From Chlorobiaceae bacterium (GTDB lineage Bacteria > Bacteroidota > Chlorobiia > Chlorobiales > Chlorobiaceae), in contig JBAXFV010000001.1 in the NCBI GenBank assembly GCA_037139755.1, positions 1 through 55,158 of the forward strand: a DNA stretch of 55,158 bases. The letters are read 5' to 3'. Both the position numbers and the translations under genes were made by a program. The notes beneath the pieces are model-generated. The model did no database searches and had not been told where the DNA came from. It worked only from the letters and a program-made list of their open reading frames with translations. Positions within the stretch are counted from its first letter, which is position 1, and each line of letters begins with the position of its first letter. Positions 41,095 through 51,398 of the stretch are shown piece by piece.

Positions 41095-41787
41095 TTACTC
41101 CTTTACGGCGACAGCAAGAGCGGCAAGAGAGACTTTTTCAGCCCCACTTTCGCGCAGCGCCTGTGCGGCGGCAGCCAAAGTTGAGCCTGTTGTCACGACA
41201 TCATCAACAAGCAGCACATGACAACCTCGAACACATTTGGCCGCCAGAAAGGCTCCTTCAGAATTTTTTTTTCGCGCCTCAGCCGAAAGCCCTGTCTGCG
41301 ATACGGTATACCGTTTTCTGACAAGGAGGTCGGAGCGTACCGGTTGCCGCAATGATTGGGCGAGACCTTCGGCAATTTTTTCTGACTGGTTATAAGATCG
41401 TTCTGTTTTTTTCAGGTGGTGAAGGGGAACCGGCACAATGCACCCGATATCGCCGATATCACCGCCGGAGAGCATCCACTCGCCCAGTTGACGACCGAAA
41501 CTTTTTCCGAGGTTAAAAAGACCCTCATATTTCATCGAGTGAAGCACCTGCTGCAGTGCGCTTTTCTTGTGAAACTGGTAACGACACCAACCACGCTCAA
41601 ACGGAAAATGCTCTCCAAAATGGGAAACAACGGTTTGACGCAAAACATCTTCTGCCTCTGAAGAGGTTCTGAAAGGTTCAAACTCTTCCATACAGGAGGC
41701 ACAGCAGTACTCTTCATCAGGAAGAAGCAGTTTTTGACAGACGAGACAGACATGAGGAAAAAGAAGGTGAAGCAGTTGTTCTCGCAT
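41095..41787 (-). CDS. comF: ComF family phosphoribosyltransferase-like protein
   Basis: N-terminal CxxC...CxxC, VPVPLH, RSYNQSE, LLVDDVVTTGSTL. Confidence 0.88.
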   Translation of the reverse strand: MREQLLHLLFPHVCLVCQKLLLPDEEYCCASCMEEFEPFRTSSEAEDVLRQTVVSHFGEHFPFERGWCRYQFHKKSALQQVLHSMKYEGLFNLGKSFGRQLGEWMLSGGDIGDIGCIVPVPLHHLKKTERSYNQSEKIAEGLAQSLRQPVRSDLLVRKRYTVSQTGLSAEARKKNSEGAFLAAKCVRGCHVLLVDDVVTTGSTLAAAAQALRESGAEKVSLAALAVAVKE

Positions 41788-41805
41788 GGCAAGCTCTCTT
41801 GATGG

Positions 41806-42789
41806 TTAGCCGAAGCATAAGGCCGCTGCGCCGTGTATTCCTGCCTTGTTCCCAAGAAAAGCCGGCACAAGCTCAAGACCTTCGTGCATTGAAGGAAGCA
41901 TGGAGTTCCTGAGCTGATTGATGGCAGGAACAAAAATAAGGTTTCCTGCGGCTGAAATCCCGCCGCCGACAACAAATTTTCTGATATCCATGAGCGCAGT
42001 GACGTTTGCAAGGCCCACGCCGAGAATGGAACCAACTCTCTCCCAGACAGCAAGAGAGACTTCATCTCCTTCATGTGCGGCATATTCCAGATGGCGCGGC
42101 GAAAGGCGTGTATAGTCATAGTTACACAAGTTACCAACAGAGGAACCGGAAGGATTCGAATCAATCATCTGACGTGCAAGTGCCAGAATGGCCTTTTTTC
42201 CGATAAGGCTTTCAAGCGTCCCCCGTATACCGGCATGAAGCGTTGGACCTTCAAAGTCAAGAATCATAAAGCCTAACTCGCCTGCAGTACCGTATGCTCC
42301 GCGATAAAGTTTTCTGTTCAGCACAATCCCGCCGCCCACACCAGTACCGAGGGTCACCATAACAAAATCTTGAAACTCCCGGCCTGCGCCATAGACCGCT
42401 TCACCAAAAGCAGCCATATTTGCGTCATTATCAATAATAACCTGCATCGCAAGCTGCTCCTTTTCCATCAGGCACTTTTGCAGTTCATCACGCAAGGGAA
42501 AGATTGCCCATCCAGGAAGATTTGGAGGATAGCTCAGTACCCCCCTCTCCGCATCAACAGCCCCTGGGGCTCCCAGCCCGACACCGGCAAAATCTTCAGG
42601 CTTAAGTGTCGTGGATGCTTCTCGATAAAGAGTTGCAATAATGCCGGCAAGCTGTTGAACAATTCCGCCAGGACCCGATGCCGTATCGGTAAAAATTCTT
42701 CTGTCCGTCAGAAGGCCACTCTCTTTACCGACGACCCCTGCCTTGATTGCCGTACCGCCAAGATCTATACCAATTGCCCATCGAGACAT
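41806..42789 (-). CDS. ROK family sugar kinase (glucokinase-like)
   Basis: GIDLGGT, GLGAPG, NDAN.AA.GE, TLGTGVGGG, AGELG, VGGGI. Confidence 0.88.
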   Translation of the reverse strand: MSRWAIGIDLGGTAIKAGVVGKESGLLTDRRIFTDTASGPGGIVQQLAGIIATLYREASTTLKPEDFAGVGLGAPGAVDAERGVLSYPPNLPGWAIFPLRDELQKCLMEKEQLAMQVIIDNDANMAAFGEAVYGAGREFQDFVMVTLGTGVGGGIVLNRKLYRGAYGTAGELGFMILDFEGPTLHAGIRGTLESLIGKKAILALARQMIDSNPSGSSVGNLCNYDYTRLSPRHLEYAAHEGDEVSLAVWERVGSILGVGLANVTALMDIRKFVVGGGISAAGNLIFVPAINQLRNSMLPSMHEGLELVPAFLGNKAGIHGAAALCFG

Positions 42790-42804
42790 ACTGCCAAATT
42801 TAAT

Positions 42805-43605
42805 TTAGTGGTGACTGAACGGTCTGATAAATTTTCTACCATGAGTACCTGATGCAAAAAAGTCCAGAATCTCAACAATTTCAGGTTCTGGAGAAAGTTC
42901 TGATGTCACTTTTTCAAGTCCATTGGCAAGAAGAAGGCCCGATTGAAACAGAATCCTGTATGCATCTTTAATCAAGGTAATCTTCTCAGCCGTGAATCCC
43001 CGGCGTTTCAACCCGATACTGTTAAGACCCTCAAAACGGAAAGTTTCATTGCCAGAAGCCATGACAAACGGCGGCACATCAAGCGTGACTCTTGAGAGCC
43101 CTCCGATCATTGAAAAACGACCGATTCGAACAAACTGGTGCACTGCGGCCAGCCCTCCAATAACAACATAATCACCAACCTCGCAATGACCGCCAAACGG
43201 AACACAATTTGCAACAACAACATGATTACCGATGACACAGTCATGACCAACATGCGCATAAGCCATAAAAAGATTATCAGAGCCGATAACGGTTTTACCG
43301 CTCGCTTTTGTGCCCCGATTAAGGGTAACACATTCCCGGATAACCGTTCTGTCGCCAACATAAAGATAGGTCTTCTCTCCGGAAAATTTGAGATCCTGAG
43401 GCTCAGTGGCAAGCACCGCGCCAGAATAGATCTTGCAGTCACGGCCGATCCGGGCACCAGATGCTATATGAACATGGGGCCATATCCTGGTACCATCACC
43501 TATTTCCACATCGTCTTCAATAACGGTATAGGGACCGACCGTAACGCCCTCCCCAAGAACGGCGCTCTGACCGATAACGGCAGTTGGATGAATTGTGCTC
43601 TGCAT
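42805..43605 (-). CDS. lpxA: UDP-N-acetylglucosamine O-acyltransferase
   Basis: IHPTAVI hexapeptide repeats, PQDLKF, IRECVT.NRGT, HVGHDC, HQFVRIG, GLNSIGLKRRGF. Confidence 0.95.
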   Translation of the reverse strand: MQSTIHPTAVIGQSAVLGEGVTVGPYTVIEDDVEIGDGTRIWPHVHIASGARIGRDCKIYSGAVLATEPQDLKFSGEKTYLYVGDRTVIRECVTLNRGTKASGKTVIGSDNLFMAYAHVGHDCVIGNHVVVANCVPFGGHCEVGDYVVIGGLAAVHQFVRIGRFSMIGGLSRVTLDVPPFVMASGNETFRFEGLNSIGLKRRGFTAEKITLIKDAYRILFQSGLLLANGLEKVTSELSPEPEIVEILDFFASGTHGRKFIRPFSHH

Positions 43606-43611
43606 AATTTT

Positions 43612-46257
43612 TTATTCCTTCATTGTTTCAAACTCTTCTACCAGCTTTGGCTCCTTCAGTTCACGAGAAAGTGATTGGATAATTCGTTTCGCTTCATCTT
43701 TGCGGCCAATATCCCTGTATGCCCTGGCAAGAACATAAAAAAGGCGAGGGTCAGAAGCTGGCGATGAGTGAACGCCCAATTGCTCAAGATAATTAATATA
43801 TACTGACGTTTTCTGCTTTTCGCCCAGACGTACATAAAGGGCAATAACTGAACCGGCAAGTTCCGGATTTAAGGGATATTGTGCCAAAGGCAGAAGTTTG
43901 ACTGAGGTATCAAGTACCTGCAATGCAAGTGCCCCGCGCCGAACATTCCGTTCTGCACCAGACGCATCTCTGATGAGAAGAGTTCCCTCAGGATCCGTGG
44001 CCAACTCAAGGGCAAGACGGACAAACAGTGGATTATAGTTGCCGCAAAGTCTTCTCGACGTCTCTTCAAGAGTGACTCGGGGGTTATTGAGGTTTCTGTA
44101 ACGATAAACGCTCAGAAGGTTCCTGTACAGCACTGCCGGATCAACATAGCTCATTGGATCTGCACTATTAATCGGCACTACCTTGTAGGCAAGACCGTCA
44201 AGACGAAGATATTTTTCAATACCAATCATGCTTTCCGGATCGACCGTCAAGGCAAAATAGACCGGACGACGAGCAAAGTTGTTCATCAGAATCTCATAAA
44301 CAGCAATATCCTGGGGGCGAAGATATCCCTGTCCATCATAAGTCAGTCCTGGCTTCAGCAGCCATCTCATGGTATCGACAGGTTCTGAGGGCAGCGAAAG
44401 AGCATGGAGTCGTGACTCACGCAAAAGCTGCTGACGGAGCGGGGATGAAGGAAGCACAGCATCAACTGAATCAATAGGGACATAGGTAATACTGGCAATC
44501 TCTCCGTCGCTTAAACTGAAAGCAACCGGTTTTGCACCGCGCGGACTGCTGTTTTTCAACTGATCAAGGTACCAGCCGGTATTGGCAAGACTCAGGTTAA
44601 CAACCCGCACATCGGTTCTGATACGTTCGACCTCCTGCAGGTACCACAAGGGAAAGGTATCATTATCGCCGTTGGTAAAAAGAATGGCATCTTTTTCACA
44701 ACTTTGCAACATATTCCAGGCCCAGTCCCACGGAACATAGTTTCCGGAACGGTCATGCATACGATAGTTCGCCTGCAGCATCCTGCCGTTAATCAGGAAA
44801 AAACCGAGTGCAACCGTCAACACAGCAAGAAGCATCAGGGACCTGCGGCCAATCAGCTTCAACCTCTCCCCAAGCCACTGCCAAATGCTTTCAATTCCGA
44901 TTCCTATCCAGAGAGCAAAAGCGAAAAAGCTGCCGACGTAACTGTAATCCCTTTCTCTGGGCTGCGGCTCAGTCTGGTTAAGATAGATAACCAGCGCGGC
45001 GCCGGTAAGCACAAAAAGCGCGGTAACAACCAGTCCCATCTTCCAGTCACGCCTGAAATGGGTTATGGCTCCAACAAGCCCCACAAGAAAAGGGATACCC
45101 CAAAGCACCGACCAGTCGACTCCAGCCCCCTCCATATCATGTTCGCGTCCTATAAACTGCCAGCCGAAATAGCGAAAGTACATCTTCTGCATCTGGTAGG
45201 TGAGAAAATAGTCAAGATCACTTGAATATTGCTGGTAGTAATACTGATGTACCGGCTCCGGTGACCAGCGTCTCGGCCAGAGCGGCATGTCACCGTACTG
45301 ATCGCGGTTGAGATAAGAAAAAAAGCTCTCTGAGGTCGAAGGATTGTTTTCGTTGATCGGCGGCCCTGCCTGCGCCCGCACAAAAATCATGCCGTAGGAT
45401 GTATACCCGATAATGATGAGAAATAGCGACATCAGAAGGGTATTCATAAGCGCCTTGCGGTGCGTGTGTGAATACCATACGGCATAACCGAGTAGAACGA
45501 GAAAGAGAAGAAATCCCCACCATGAAGTCATTTGCAGCAATATCGGAAGCCCCTTGATGATGCCGATATAAATCAGAAAAAAAAGAGCGGACGACGCAAG
45601 AATCAGCAGAGTGAAGGATTTAAAGGTCACCTCATACTTTTTAAAGAAGTAGAGCAGCGCAACAGCAAAAACAGCAAGCAGGCTGAGCAGATGCACCCCG
45701 ATGGAAAGCCCTATGACGTACATGACGAGCAGCAGCCACCGTTCGTGACCGGGTTCAGGCTCCTCTTCATGCCAGCGAAGAATCAACCAGACAACAACAG
45801 CAGTAAAAAGCGATGAAAGTGCGTACACTTCAGCTTCAACAGCGTTAAACCAGAAACTGTCGGACAAGGCAAGGGCTAAAGCACCGATAACAGCGCCTCC
45901 GTAGGCAGATATCTTTTCAGCAGAGTCCCAGAGGTCAGGCTCACTTTTTCTGTAGAGAATGATCAACCGCACCGTGATCAGATAGGTCAACATAATGGTT
46001 GCCGCACTGGCGAGAGTACTGATCAGGTTAACCCGTGCTCCGGTATCACTGAAAAAAGGAATCATGGAAAAGAAACGCCCAAGCAAAAGAAAAAGCGGTG
46101 CTCCGGGAGGATGTGGAATGCCGAGTGTATACGCTGTTGCAATAAACTCCCCGCAATCCCAGAACGAAAAGGTGGGAGCCATAGTGCGGAGATATAAAAT
46201 TTCAGCGGCAAGAAAAAGAACAGCAGAAAGAGTGCGGTTAATCGTCCGGTGTGTCAT
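43612..46257 (-). CDS. DUF2723 / TMEM260-like membrane glycosyltransferase
   Basis: PTFSFWDCGEFI, LGIPHPPGAP, AVEAEVY, QPRERDY, FTNGDNDTFPLWY. Confidence 0.85.
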   Translation of the reverse strand: MTHRTINRTLSAVLFLAAEILYLRTMAPTFSFWDCGEFIATAYTLGIPHPPGAPLFLLLGRFFSMIPFFSDTGARVNLISTLASAATIMLTYLITVRLIILYRKSEPDLWDSAEKISAYGGAVIGALALALSDSFWFNAVEAEVYALSSLFTAVVVWLILRWHEEEPEPGHERWLLLVMYVIGLSIGVHLLSLLAVFAVALLYFFKKYEVTFKSFTLLILASSALFFLIYIGIIKGLPILLQMTSWWGFLLFLVLLGYAVWYSHTHRKALMNTLLMSLFLIIIGYTSYGMIFVRAQAGPPINENNPSTSESFFSYLNRDQYGDMPLWPRRWSPEPVHQYYYQQYSSDLDYFLTYQMQKMYFRYFGWQFIGREHDMEGAGVDWSVLWGIPFLVGLVGAITHFRRDWKMGLVVTALFVLTGAALVIYLNQTEPQPRERDYSYVGSFFAFALWIGIGIESIWQWLGERLKLIGRRSLMLLAVLTVALGFFLINGRMLQANYRMHDRSGNYVPWDWAWNMLQSCEKDAILFTNGDNDTFPLWYLQEVERIRTDVRVVNLSLANTGWYLDQLKNSSPRGAKPVAFSLSDGEIASITYVPIDSVDAVLPSSPLRQQLLRESRLHALSLPSEPVDTMRWLLKPGLTYDGQGYLRPQDIAVYEILMNNFARRPVYFALTVDPESMIGIEKYLRLDGLAYKVVPINSADPMSYVDPAVLYRNLLSVYRYRNLNNPRVTLEETSRRLCGNYNPLFVRLALELATDPEGTLLIRDASGAERNVRRGALALQVLDTSVKLLPLAQYPLNPELAGSVIALYVRLGEKQKTSVYINYLEQLGVHSSPASDPRLFYVLARAYRDIGRKDEAKRIIQSLSRELKEPKLVEEFETMKE

Positions 46258-46287
46258 GGGTGAAACGTACTCTGAAGTATCGGGTTA

Positions 46288-47409
46288 TCAGAAAATAAGA
46301 GCCTCTGCGATAAAATCGGCAAACAAAAAACCTTTTTCAGTCAGGTAAAGAAGCCCCTCCTGCTGCTGTATCCATCCTCTCTCCGTAAAAAGATCAAGAG
46401 TCTGTACAAGACCATGCCCCAATTTATTTTCTTTTTGCAAAAACTCAACATCAAGACCGCTGTTTATTCGCAGGGAAAGAAAAACCTGTTCAGTAAACCG
46501 CTCTGCATCCGACAATTCTTCACGAAACACCATGGCATTTTCGGGAGCGGCCATATATCGAGCAAGGCTTGACACATTTGCCGTGCGGACCTCGCACTCT
46601 TCAGAAACAAGAAAGCTGTGTGCAGAAGGGCCAAAGCCAAGGTACGGCTCGCGCCGCCAGCTTGCAAGATTGTAACGGGATTGATGGCCCGGCAGGCAAA
46701 AATTGGAGACTTCATAATGGGTGTACCCGTGCAGCGCCACTTTTCTGATCGCGGTTTCATAGAAGGAGGCCTGCGCGGCATCGTCTGGAACCGTAAGTAT
46801 GCCTTTCGAGATTTTCCGATGCAGGAGGGTTTTCGGCTCAACCGAGAGCATATAGACCGAAAGATGGTGGGGCTCCAGCGCCAGAGCGGCCTTGAGATCA
46901 GCTTCCCAAATCGGCAGCTCCTCTCCGGAAACCCCGCATATCAGGTCAACGCTCACTGAGTCAAACCTCCGAATCGCATCGGCTGTTACCTGGCGGGATT
47001 CGAGTGCGGTATGGGCGCGACCAAGTGCGCGCAGCTTTTCGGAACTAAACGACTGAACACCAATACTGAGCCTCGTTATACCTGCCGCACGGAGCTCATC
47101 CATTTTCCTGCTGCAGAGATCTTCAGGATTGGCTTCAAGAGCTATTTCAATGTCGGGAGTAAACGTACAAAACGCGGCAATGTCGTGTAGCCATCCGGCA
47201 AGATAGTGCACGGAAACCATTGATGGAGTACCGCCGCCGAAATGAATGGCACTAATCGTTTTTCCTTTCAGATCAGCCGATCGGGATGCGCTTTCAAGCG
47301 AAAGAGCCTTGAAAAACGTTGCGATATGCTCCTGTCGCGTGACAAGGTAAAAATCACAGTAGGAACAACGCGATTTACAAAACGGAATATGCACATAAAG
47401 AGTCAGCAT
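46288..47409 (-). CDS. hemW: Radical SAM heme chaperone HemW (HemN-like)
   Basis: LYVHIPFCKSRCSYCDF, FGGGTPS, EANPE, RLSIGVQSF, YEVSNF, YLGFGPSAHS. Confidence 0.88.
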   Translation of the reverse strand: MLTLYVHIPFCKSRCSYCDFYLVTRQEHIATFFKALSLESASRSADLKGKTISAIHFGGGTPSMVSVHYLAGWLHDIAAFCTFTPDIEIALEANPEDLCSRKMDELRAAGITRLSIGVQSFSSEKLRALGRAHTALESRQVTADAIRRFDSVSVDLICGVSGEELPIWEADLKAALALEPHHLSVYMLSVEPKTLLHRKISKGILTVPDDAAQASFYETAIRKVALHGYTHYEVSNFCLPGHQSRYNLASWRREPYLGFGPSAHSFLVSEECEVRTANVSSLARYMAAPENAMVFREELSDAERFTEQVFLSLRINSGLDVEFLQKENKLGHGLVQTLDLFTERGWIQQQEGLLYLTEKGFLFADFIAEALIF

Positions 47410-47445
47410 ACCCTGAAAAGGCTGACATGAGGGAGCAAAGCAGGT

Positions 47446-48036
47446 TCAGACTGAGGCAAGAATATACTCCGTCACCGCTTTATAAAGATCGTCAGCCACA
47501 AATTCAGGAATGATGTTCCGCAACAAACAAAGCTCTTCCTCATTGTGACCGGTCCTTACCAGCACCGACCTGAGCCCGGCACGCAGACCACACTCAACAT
47601 CAATCGTTTTATCTCCAACAAAAAACGAAGCCCCCCTGTCGACAATAAAGCCTTCTGCCAAAAAATCATTGATGGCCAGCTCAACCATTCCCGTTGCCGG
47701 TTTACGATAATCAATAAAACGGTCGTAATCAGGGTGGGGATATTCAGGATGAAAGGGACAGTAATAACAACGGTCAAACCCTGCATTTTTGGCCGAAAGC
47801 AGCTCATTAAGATAGCGGTTCACCTCTTCAACCTGCTCAACCGTAGCTATTCCTCTGGCAATACCCGCCTGATTGCTCACGATAACAATCCGATACCCGG
47901 CATTTCTGGCAAGCGCGATAGCATCATCTGCACGATCAATGAGCTGCAACTGCTCTCTCGAAGCAATATAAGAACCGGTATCCTTGTTTATTGTACCATC
48001 CCGGTCAAGAAAGAGAACCTTTATTATTTGCACCAT
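47446..48036 (-). CDS. gmhB: D-glycero-D-manno-heptose 1,7-bisphosphate phosphatase (HAD-IIIA)
   Basis: FLDRDGTIN, SNQAGIARG, YCPFHP, RKPATGM, VGDK..DV. Confidence 0.85.
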   Translation of the reverse strand: MVQIIKVLFLDRDGTINKDTGSYIASREQLQLIDRADDAIALARNAGYRIVIVSNQAGIARGIATVEQVEEVNRYLNELLSAKNAGFDRCYYCPFHPEYPHPDYDRFIDYRKPATGMVELAINDFLAEGFIVDRGASFFVGDKTIDVECGLRAGLRSVLVRTGHNEEELCLLRNIIPEFVADDLYKAVTEYILASV

Positions 48037-48042
48037 AACCCC

Positions 48043-49512
48043 CTATTGCTCAAGAAGTTCACGGTACAGGTGGTCATACTCTTCTGCCGAGTTTTTCCAG
48101 GTAAAATCGCGCGTCATAGCCTCGGTTACAATCCGAAGCCAGCTCTCCTCATCATGAAAACATTCGAGAGCCTCCTGCAGCTTGTCAACAAGTGACTGGC
48201 TGGTATATTCATAAAAAATAAATCCTGAACCGCTCTCTTCGTCATGATCCTCTATGGTTTCAACAATCCCGCCACCAGCGTAAGCAACCGGTATCGTTCC
48301 ATAGCTCATGGCAAACATCTGAATCATACCGCATGATTCAATCATACCCGGCATAAGCAGAATATCCAGCCCCGCAATGGCAAGGTGGAAAAAAGCATCG
48401 GAATATTCAGTCTGAACGCTCACCTGTTCGGGATGCTCCAGGGCAAAATCCTGAAAAACTTTTTCGTATGTCTTGTCTCCTGAACCGCTGATCACAAGCT
48501 GAATATCAAGCGCTGCAAGCTGTTCCAGGCTTTGTTTCAGCAGATCTGCACCCTGAAACTCGTCAAAATTAGCAATCACACCCACAACCGGCACACCTTC
48601 ACGGTATGGAAGGCCCGTTTCCTGAAGCAATGCTTTTTTGTTGTCAAGCTTGCCCTCTATATGCTCGATACTGTAACGCTTCTTGATGAGCTTGTCGGTC
48701 GAAGGGTTCCACTGCCTGATATCGATGCCATTAAGAATACCATAAAATTTTGCCTGATACTCTCCAAGAACACGCCCGAGACCATAAGTCTGGGGACCAT
48801 CATGCACAATTTTTTCGGCATAACTTTTCGAAGTGGTCGTAAGAAGGTCGGCATGTTCAACGCCGGTGTAGAGCAGATTCACCTCCTCATTGCTGCAATG
48901 AAGAGAGGAACAGACCTCTTCGGGAAGTAACCGCTGGAATGCCTTGTAGGGCAGAATACCCTGACGATAAATATTGTGAATCGTAAAAACCGTCTTTATA
49001 TCCCTGAAAAACTCATTGGAAGCGTAAACAGTTTTGAGAAGCAGAGGCACAAGGCTGGCATGCCAGTCATGGCAGTGAATAATGTCGGGCTTCCACCCCA
49101 GGCGCTGCAGGGTCTCGAGTACGCCAACATTGAAAAAAACCACCTTTTCAACACTTCCTTTCAGATCACTTTCATTATAGATGTCCGTAAAAAGACCATT
49201 ACGCTTGAAATATTTTTCGTTGTAGAGAAAATATGTCTGGATCTTGCTTGACGGCAAAGCCGTCACCTTGACATCCAGCATGTCAATTTTTTCCTTGAGA
49301 TGAACCTCAATGTCTGACAAACGCAGGACATCGTGCAGCCGGAACTTCCTGTCATTGATTGTACCATACTTCGGCATCATGATACGCGCTTCGAATCCCT
49401 CTTCCTCAATAGCCTGGGGAAAAGATGCCATAAAATCAGCAAGCGGGCTGATTCTTACAAAAGGAGAAACTTCACCGGAGACATAAAGAACTTTAAAATT
49501 TCGTCTGGACAT
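48043..49512 (-). CDS. glgA: Glycogen/starch synthase family (GT5) protein with atypical motifs
   Basis: MPKYG, PDIIHCHDWH, FTIHN, GILNGID..WNP.TD, FTW..SA..Y..LY. Confidence 0.82.
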   Translation of the reverse strand: MSRRNFKVLYVSGEVSPFVRISPLADFMASFPQAIEEEGFEARIMMPKYGTINDRKFRLHDVLRLSDIEVHLKEKIDMLDVKVTALPSSKIQTYFLYNEKYFKRNGLFTDIYNESDLKGSVEKVVFFNVGVLETLQRLGWKPDIIHCHDWHASLVPLLLKTVYASNEFFRDIKTVFTIHNIYRQGILPYKAFQRLLPEEVCSSLHCSNEEVNLLYTGVEHADLLTTTSKSYAEKIVHDGPQTYGLGRVLGEYQAKFYGILNGIDIRQWNPSTDKLIKKRYSIEHIEGKLDNKKALLQETGLPYREGVPVVGVIANFDEFQGADLLKQSLEQLAALDIQLVISGSGDKTYEKVFQDFALEHPEQVSVQTEYSDAFFHLAIAGLDILLMPGMIESCGMIQMFAMSYGTIPVAYAGGGIVETIEDHDEESGSGFIFYEYTSQSLVDKLQEALECFHDEESWLRIVTEAMTRDFTWKNSAEEYDHLYRELLEQ

Positions 49513-49637
49513 CTATATGAGAACCAATCTATAATTTTTTATGAAAAACTTTCATAGAACCACATTAGTTTCTAATTTACGAATTTTCACGGTCAGATAC
49601 AATCAAGCCTCTCTCACCACGGATTTGAAGGATTTTC

Positions 49638-50759
49638 ATGAAAAGTACCTCCCCCACCATGCACTTGCTCCTTCTTCTCCTGTTGTGGCTTGCCGGAGGT
49701 TGTGCTTCTGATCGACCGCCTTCAGGAGGAGCAGCCGATACGACACCGTTACGAGTGATATCGTCCGATCCTGAACCATCGGCTCTTCATGTCGCAACGA
49801 ACACGATCCGCCTTACCTTTAACCACTACGTTACCGCACGGCAATTGATCAAGGCACTCCACTTTACTCCCTCTATCGAAGGATACGATATTGCTATTGA
49901 AGCAAATAACGCGATACTGAGACTGGACCGGCCTCTGCAACAAAACCAAACCTGGATCCTCACTCTCGACATGAACCTCACGGACAACCTGGGACGAACC
50001 TTGCCCGCTCCTTTTTCCATGGCATTTTCCACCGGTACAGTTATCGATAGCGGAACAATCAATGGAAAGGTCATCAACAGAGACTGTTCCCCCGCCACAA
50101 ATGCGTTGATACTCGCCTTTGCCAAACATCCTGAAACCCCGGGAAACGGAAAACTGCTGACCAGAGAGCCGGATTACTTTTTACAGGCTGATACCTCCGG
50201 AGTTTTTTCTTTCAGGCATCTTCCTGCAGGATCATACAGAATTATTGCAGTTAATGATCGGAACAATGACTTGCGTTATAATACCGGTGAAGAGATTGGA
50301 CTGAGCAGTTCGGATCTTGTTCACGCCGGGGCTTCAGATCTACTCTTCAGGCTTTCAGGGAAAGAGCGAACCCGCGGGTCTCAATCCAGGACAGTCGGCA
50401 ATGCGCCAGCAACTACTGAAACCGGAAGCATCTCGGGAACATGCGTTACCTCCGGGCAATACGTTATTATTGAAGCCTCTGGTTCTTCAGAATCTTACAG
50501 CACAACCGCATCTCGTGACAGGAAAGGAACACTTCACTACTCTTTCGCTGAACTTCCTGCCGGCAGCTATATTGTCAGCGCCCATGTTCCTTATGGCAAT
50601 AAAAGGCCCGATCCCAAACAGCAATGGAACCCTGGCTCCATCGACCCGTTTCAACCAGCCGAACCATTCGGATTTTATCCGGAAAAAGTAACGGTACGTG
50701 CTCGATGGACAACAAGAAATATCGATATCACTATATCAAGACCTCCCGGTAAACCATAA
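49638..50759 (+). CDS. Lipoprotein with bacterial Ig-like (Big_5) and carboxypeptidase-regulatory-like domains
   Basis: Lipobox AGGC, CA..RPPSGG..DTTP, AFSTG.VIDSG.I.G.V, G.FSFRHLPAGSY. Confidence 0.8.
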   Translation: MKSTSPTMHLLLLLLLWLAGGCASDRPPSGGAADTTPLRVISSDPEPSALHVATNTIRLTFNHYVTARQLIKALHFTPSIEGYDIAIEANNAILRLDRPLQQNQTWILTLDMNLTDNLGRTLPAPFSMAFSTGTVIDSGTINGKVINRDCSPATNALILAFAKHPETPGNGKLLTREPDYFLQADTSGVFSFRHLPAGSYRIIAVNDRNNDLRYNTGEEIGLSSSDLVHAGASDLLFRLSGKERTRGSQSRTVGNAPATTETGSISGTCVTSGQYVIIEASGSSESYSTTASRDRKGTLHYSFAELPAGSYIVSAHVPYGNKRPDPKQQWNPGSIDPFQPAEPFGFYPEKVTVRARWTTRNIDITISRPPGKP

Positions 50760-50769
50760 CAATCAATTG

Positions 50770-51345
50770 ATGAACACAACACCGTCCAAAATAGGACCCA
50801 ATTCCATTATCCAGACCGTTGCAGCTCTTGAAGCAGCCTATGGAAAAACCAAAGCAGAAACCATGCTGAGCAAAATCGGTCAGGGCTACCTGGTCGGAAA
50901 CCTGCCGAAAGAGATGGTTGAAGAGGCAAAATTTCACACACTCGTTGGCGCATTGCAGAAAGAGATCGGCGAAACGGCTACATCCCGCATTTTGCAAGAG
51001 TCCGGCGAACGGACAGCTCGCTACCTTCTGAAGGTCCGCATTCCCGGCATCTTCCAGAAATTCGTAAAACTTCTTCCGCCACGACCGGCATTCAAGCTTC
51101 TTCTCTTTGCCATCAGCAAAAACGCATGGACCTTTGCCGGAAGCGGTGAGTTCGCCTACACCATGAAACGGCCACCAGAAATATCGGTGAAAGTCACCTT
51201 TCCAACGCTGCCTGTCGTCGGCAACTTCTATCTCGGCACCTTCACAGCTCTCTTGCAGGAGTTGGTCAACCCGACAACAAAGATCATGGCTGATATTCGC
51301 AAGGACAACAGCAATATACAGTGTAATTACCGTTGTGATATTTAA
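50770..51345 (+). CDS. bchJ: BchJ (V4R-domain bacteriochlorophyll biosynthesis protein)
   Basis: KIGPNSIIQ, SGERTARYLL..RIP, AISKNAWTFAGSG; ATG 50770. Confidence 0.9.
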   Translation: MNTTPSKIGPNSIIQTVAALEAAYGKTKAETMLSKIGQGYLVGNLPKEMVEEAKFHTLVGALQKEIGETATSRILQESGERTARYLLKVRIPGIFQKFVKLLPPRPAFKLLLFAISKNAWTFAGSGEFAYTMKRPPEISVKVTFPTLPVVGNFYLGTFTALLQELVNPTTKIMADIRKDNSNIQCNYRCDI

Positions 51346-51353
51346 GAAAATTT

Positions 51354-51392
51354 TTAAGCGTCCTGTGTCACTCTTGTGAACAGGACGCTTAA
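51354..51392. terminator. Hairpin between convergent bchJ and bchL
   Basis: TTAAGCGTCCTGT...ACAGGACGCTTAA perfect 13-bp inverted repeat. Confidence 0.75.
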
Positions 51393-51398
51393 CAGTGC

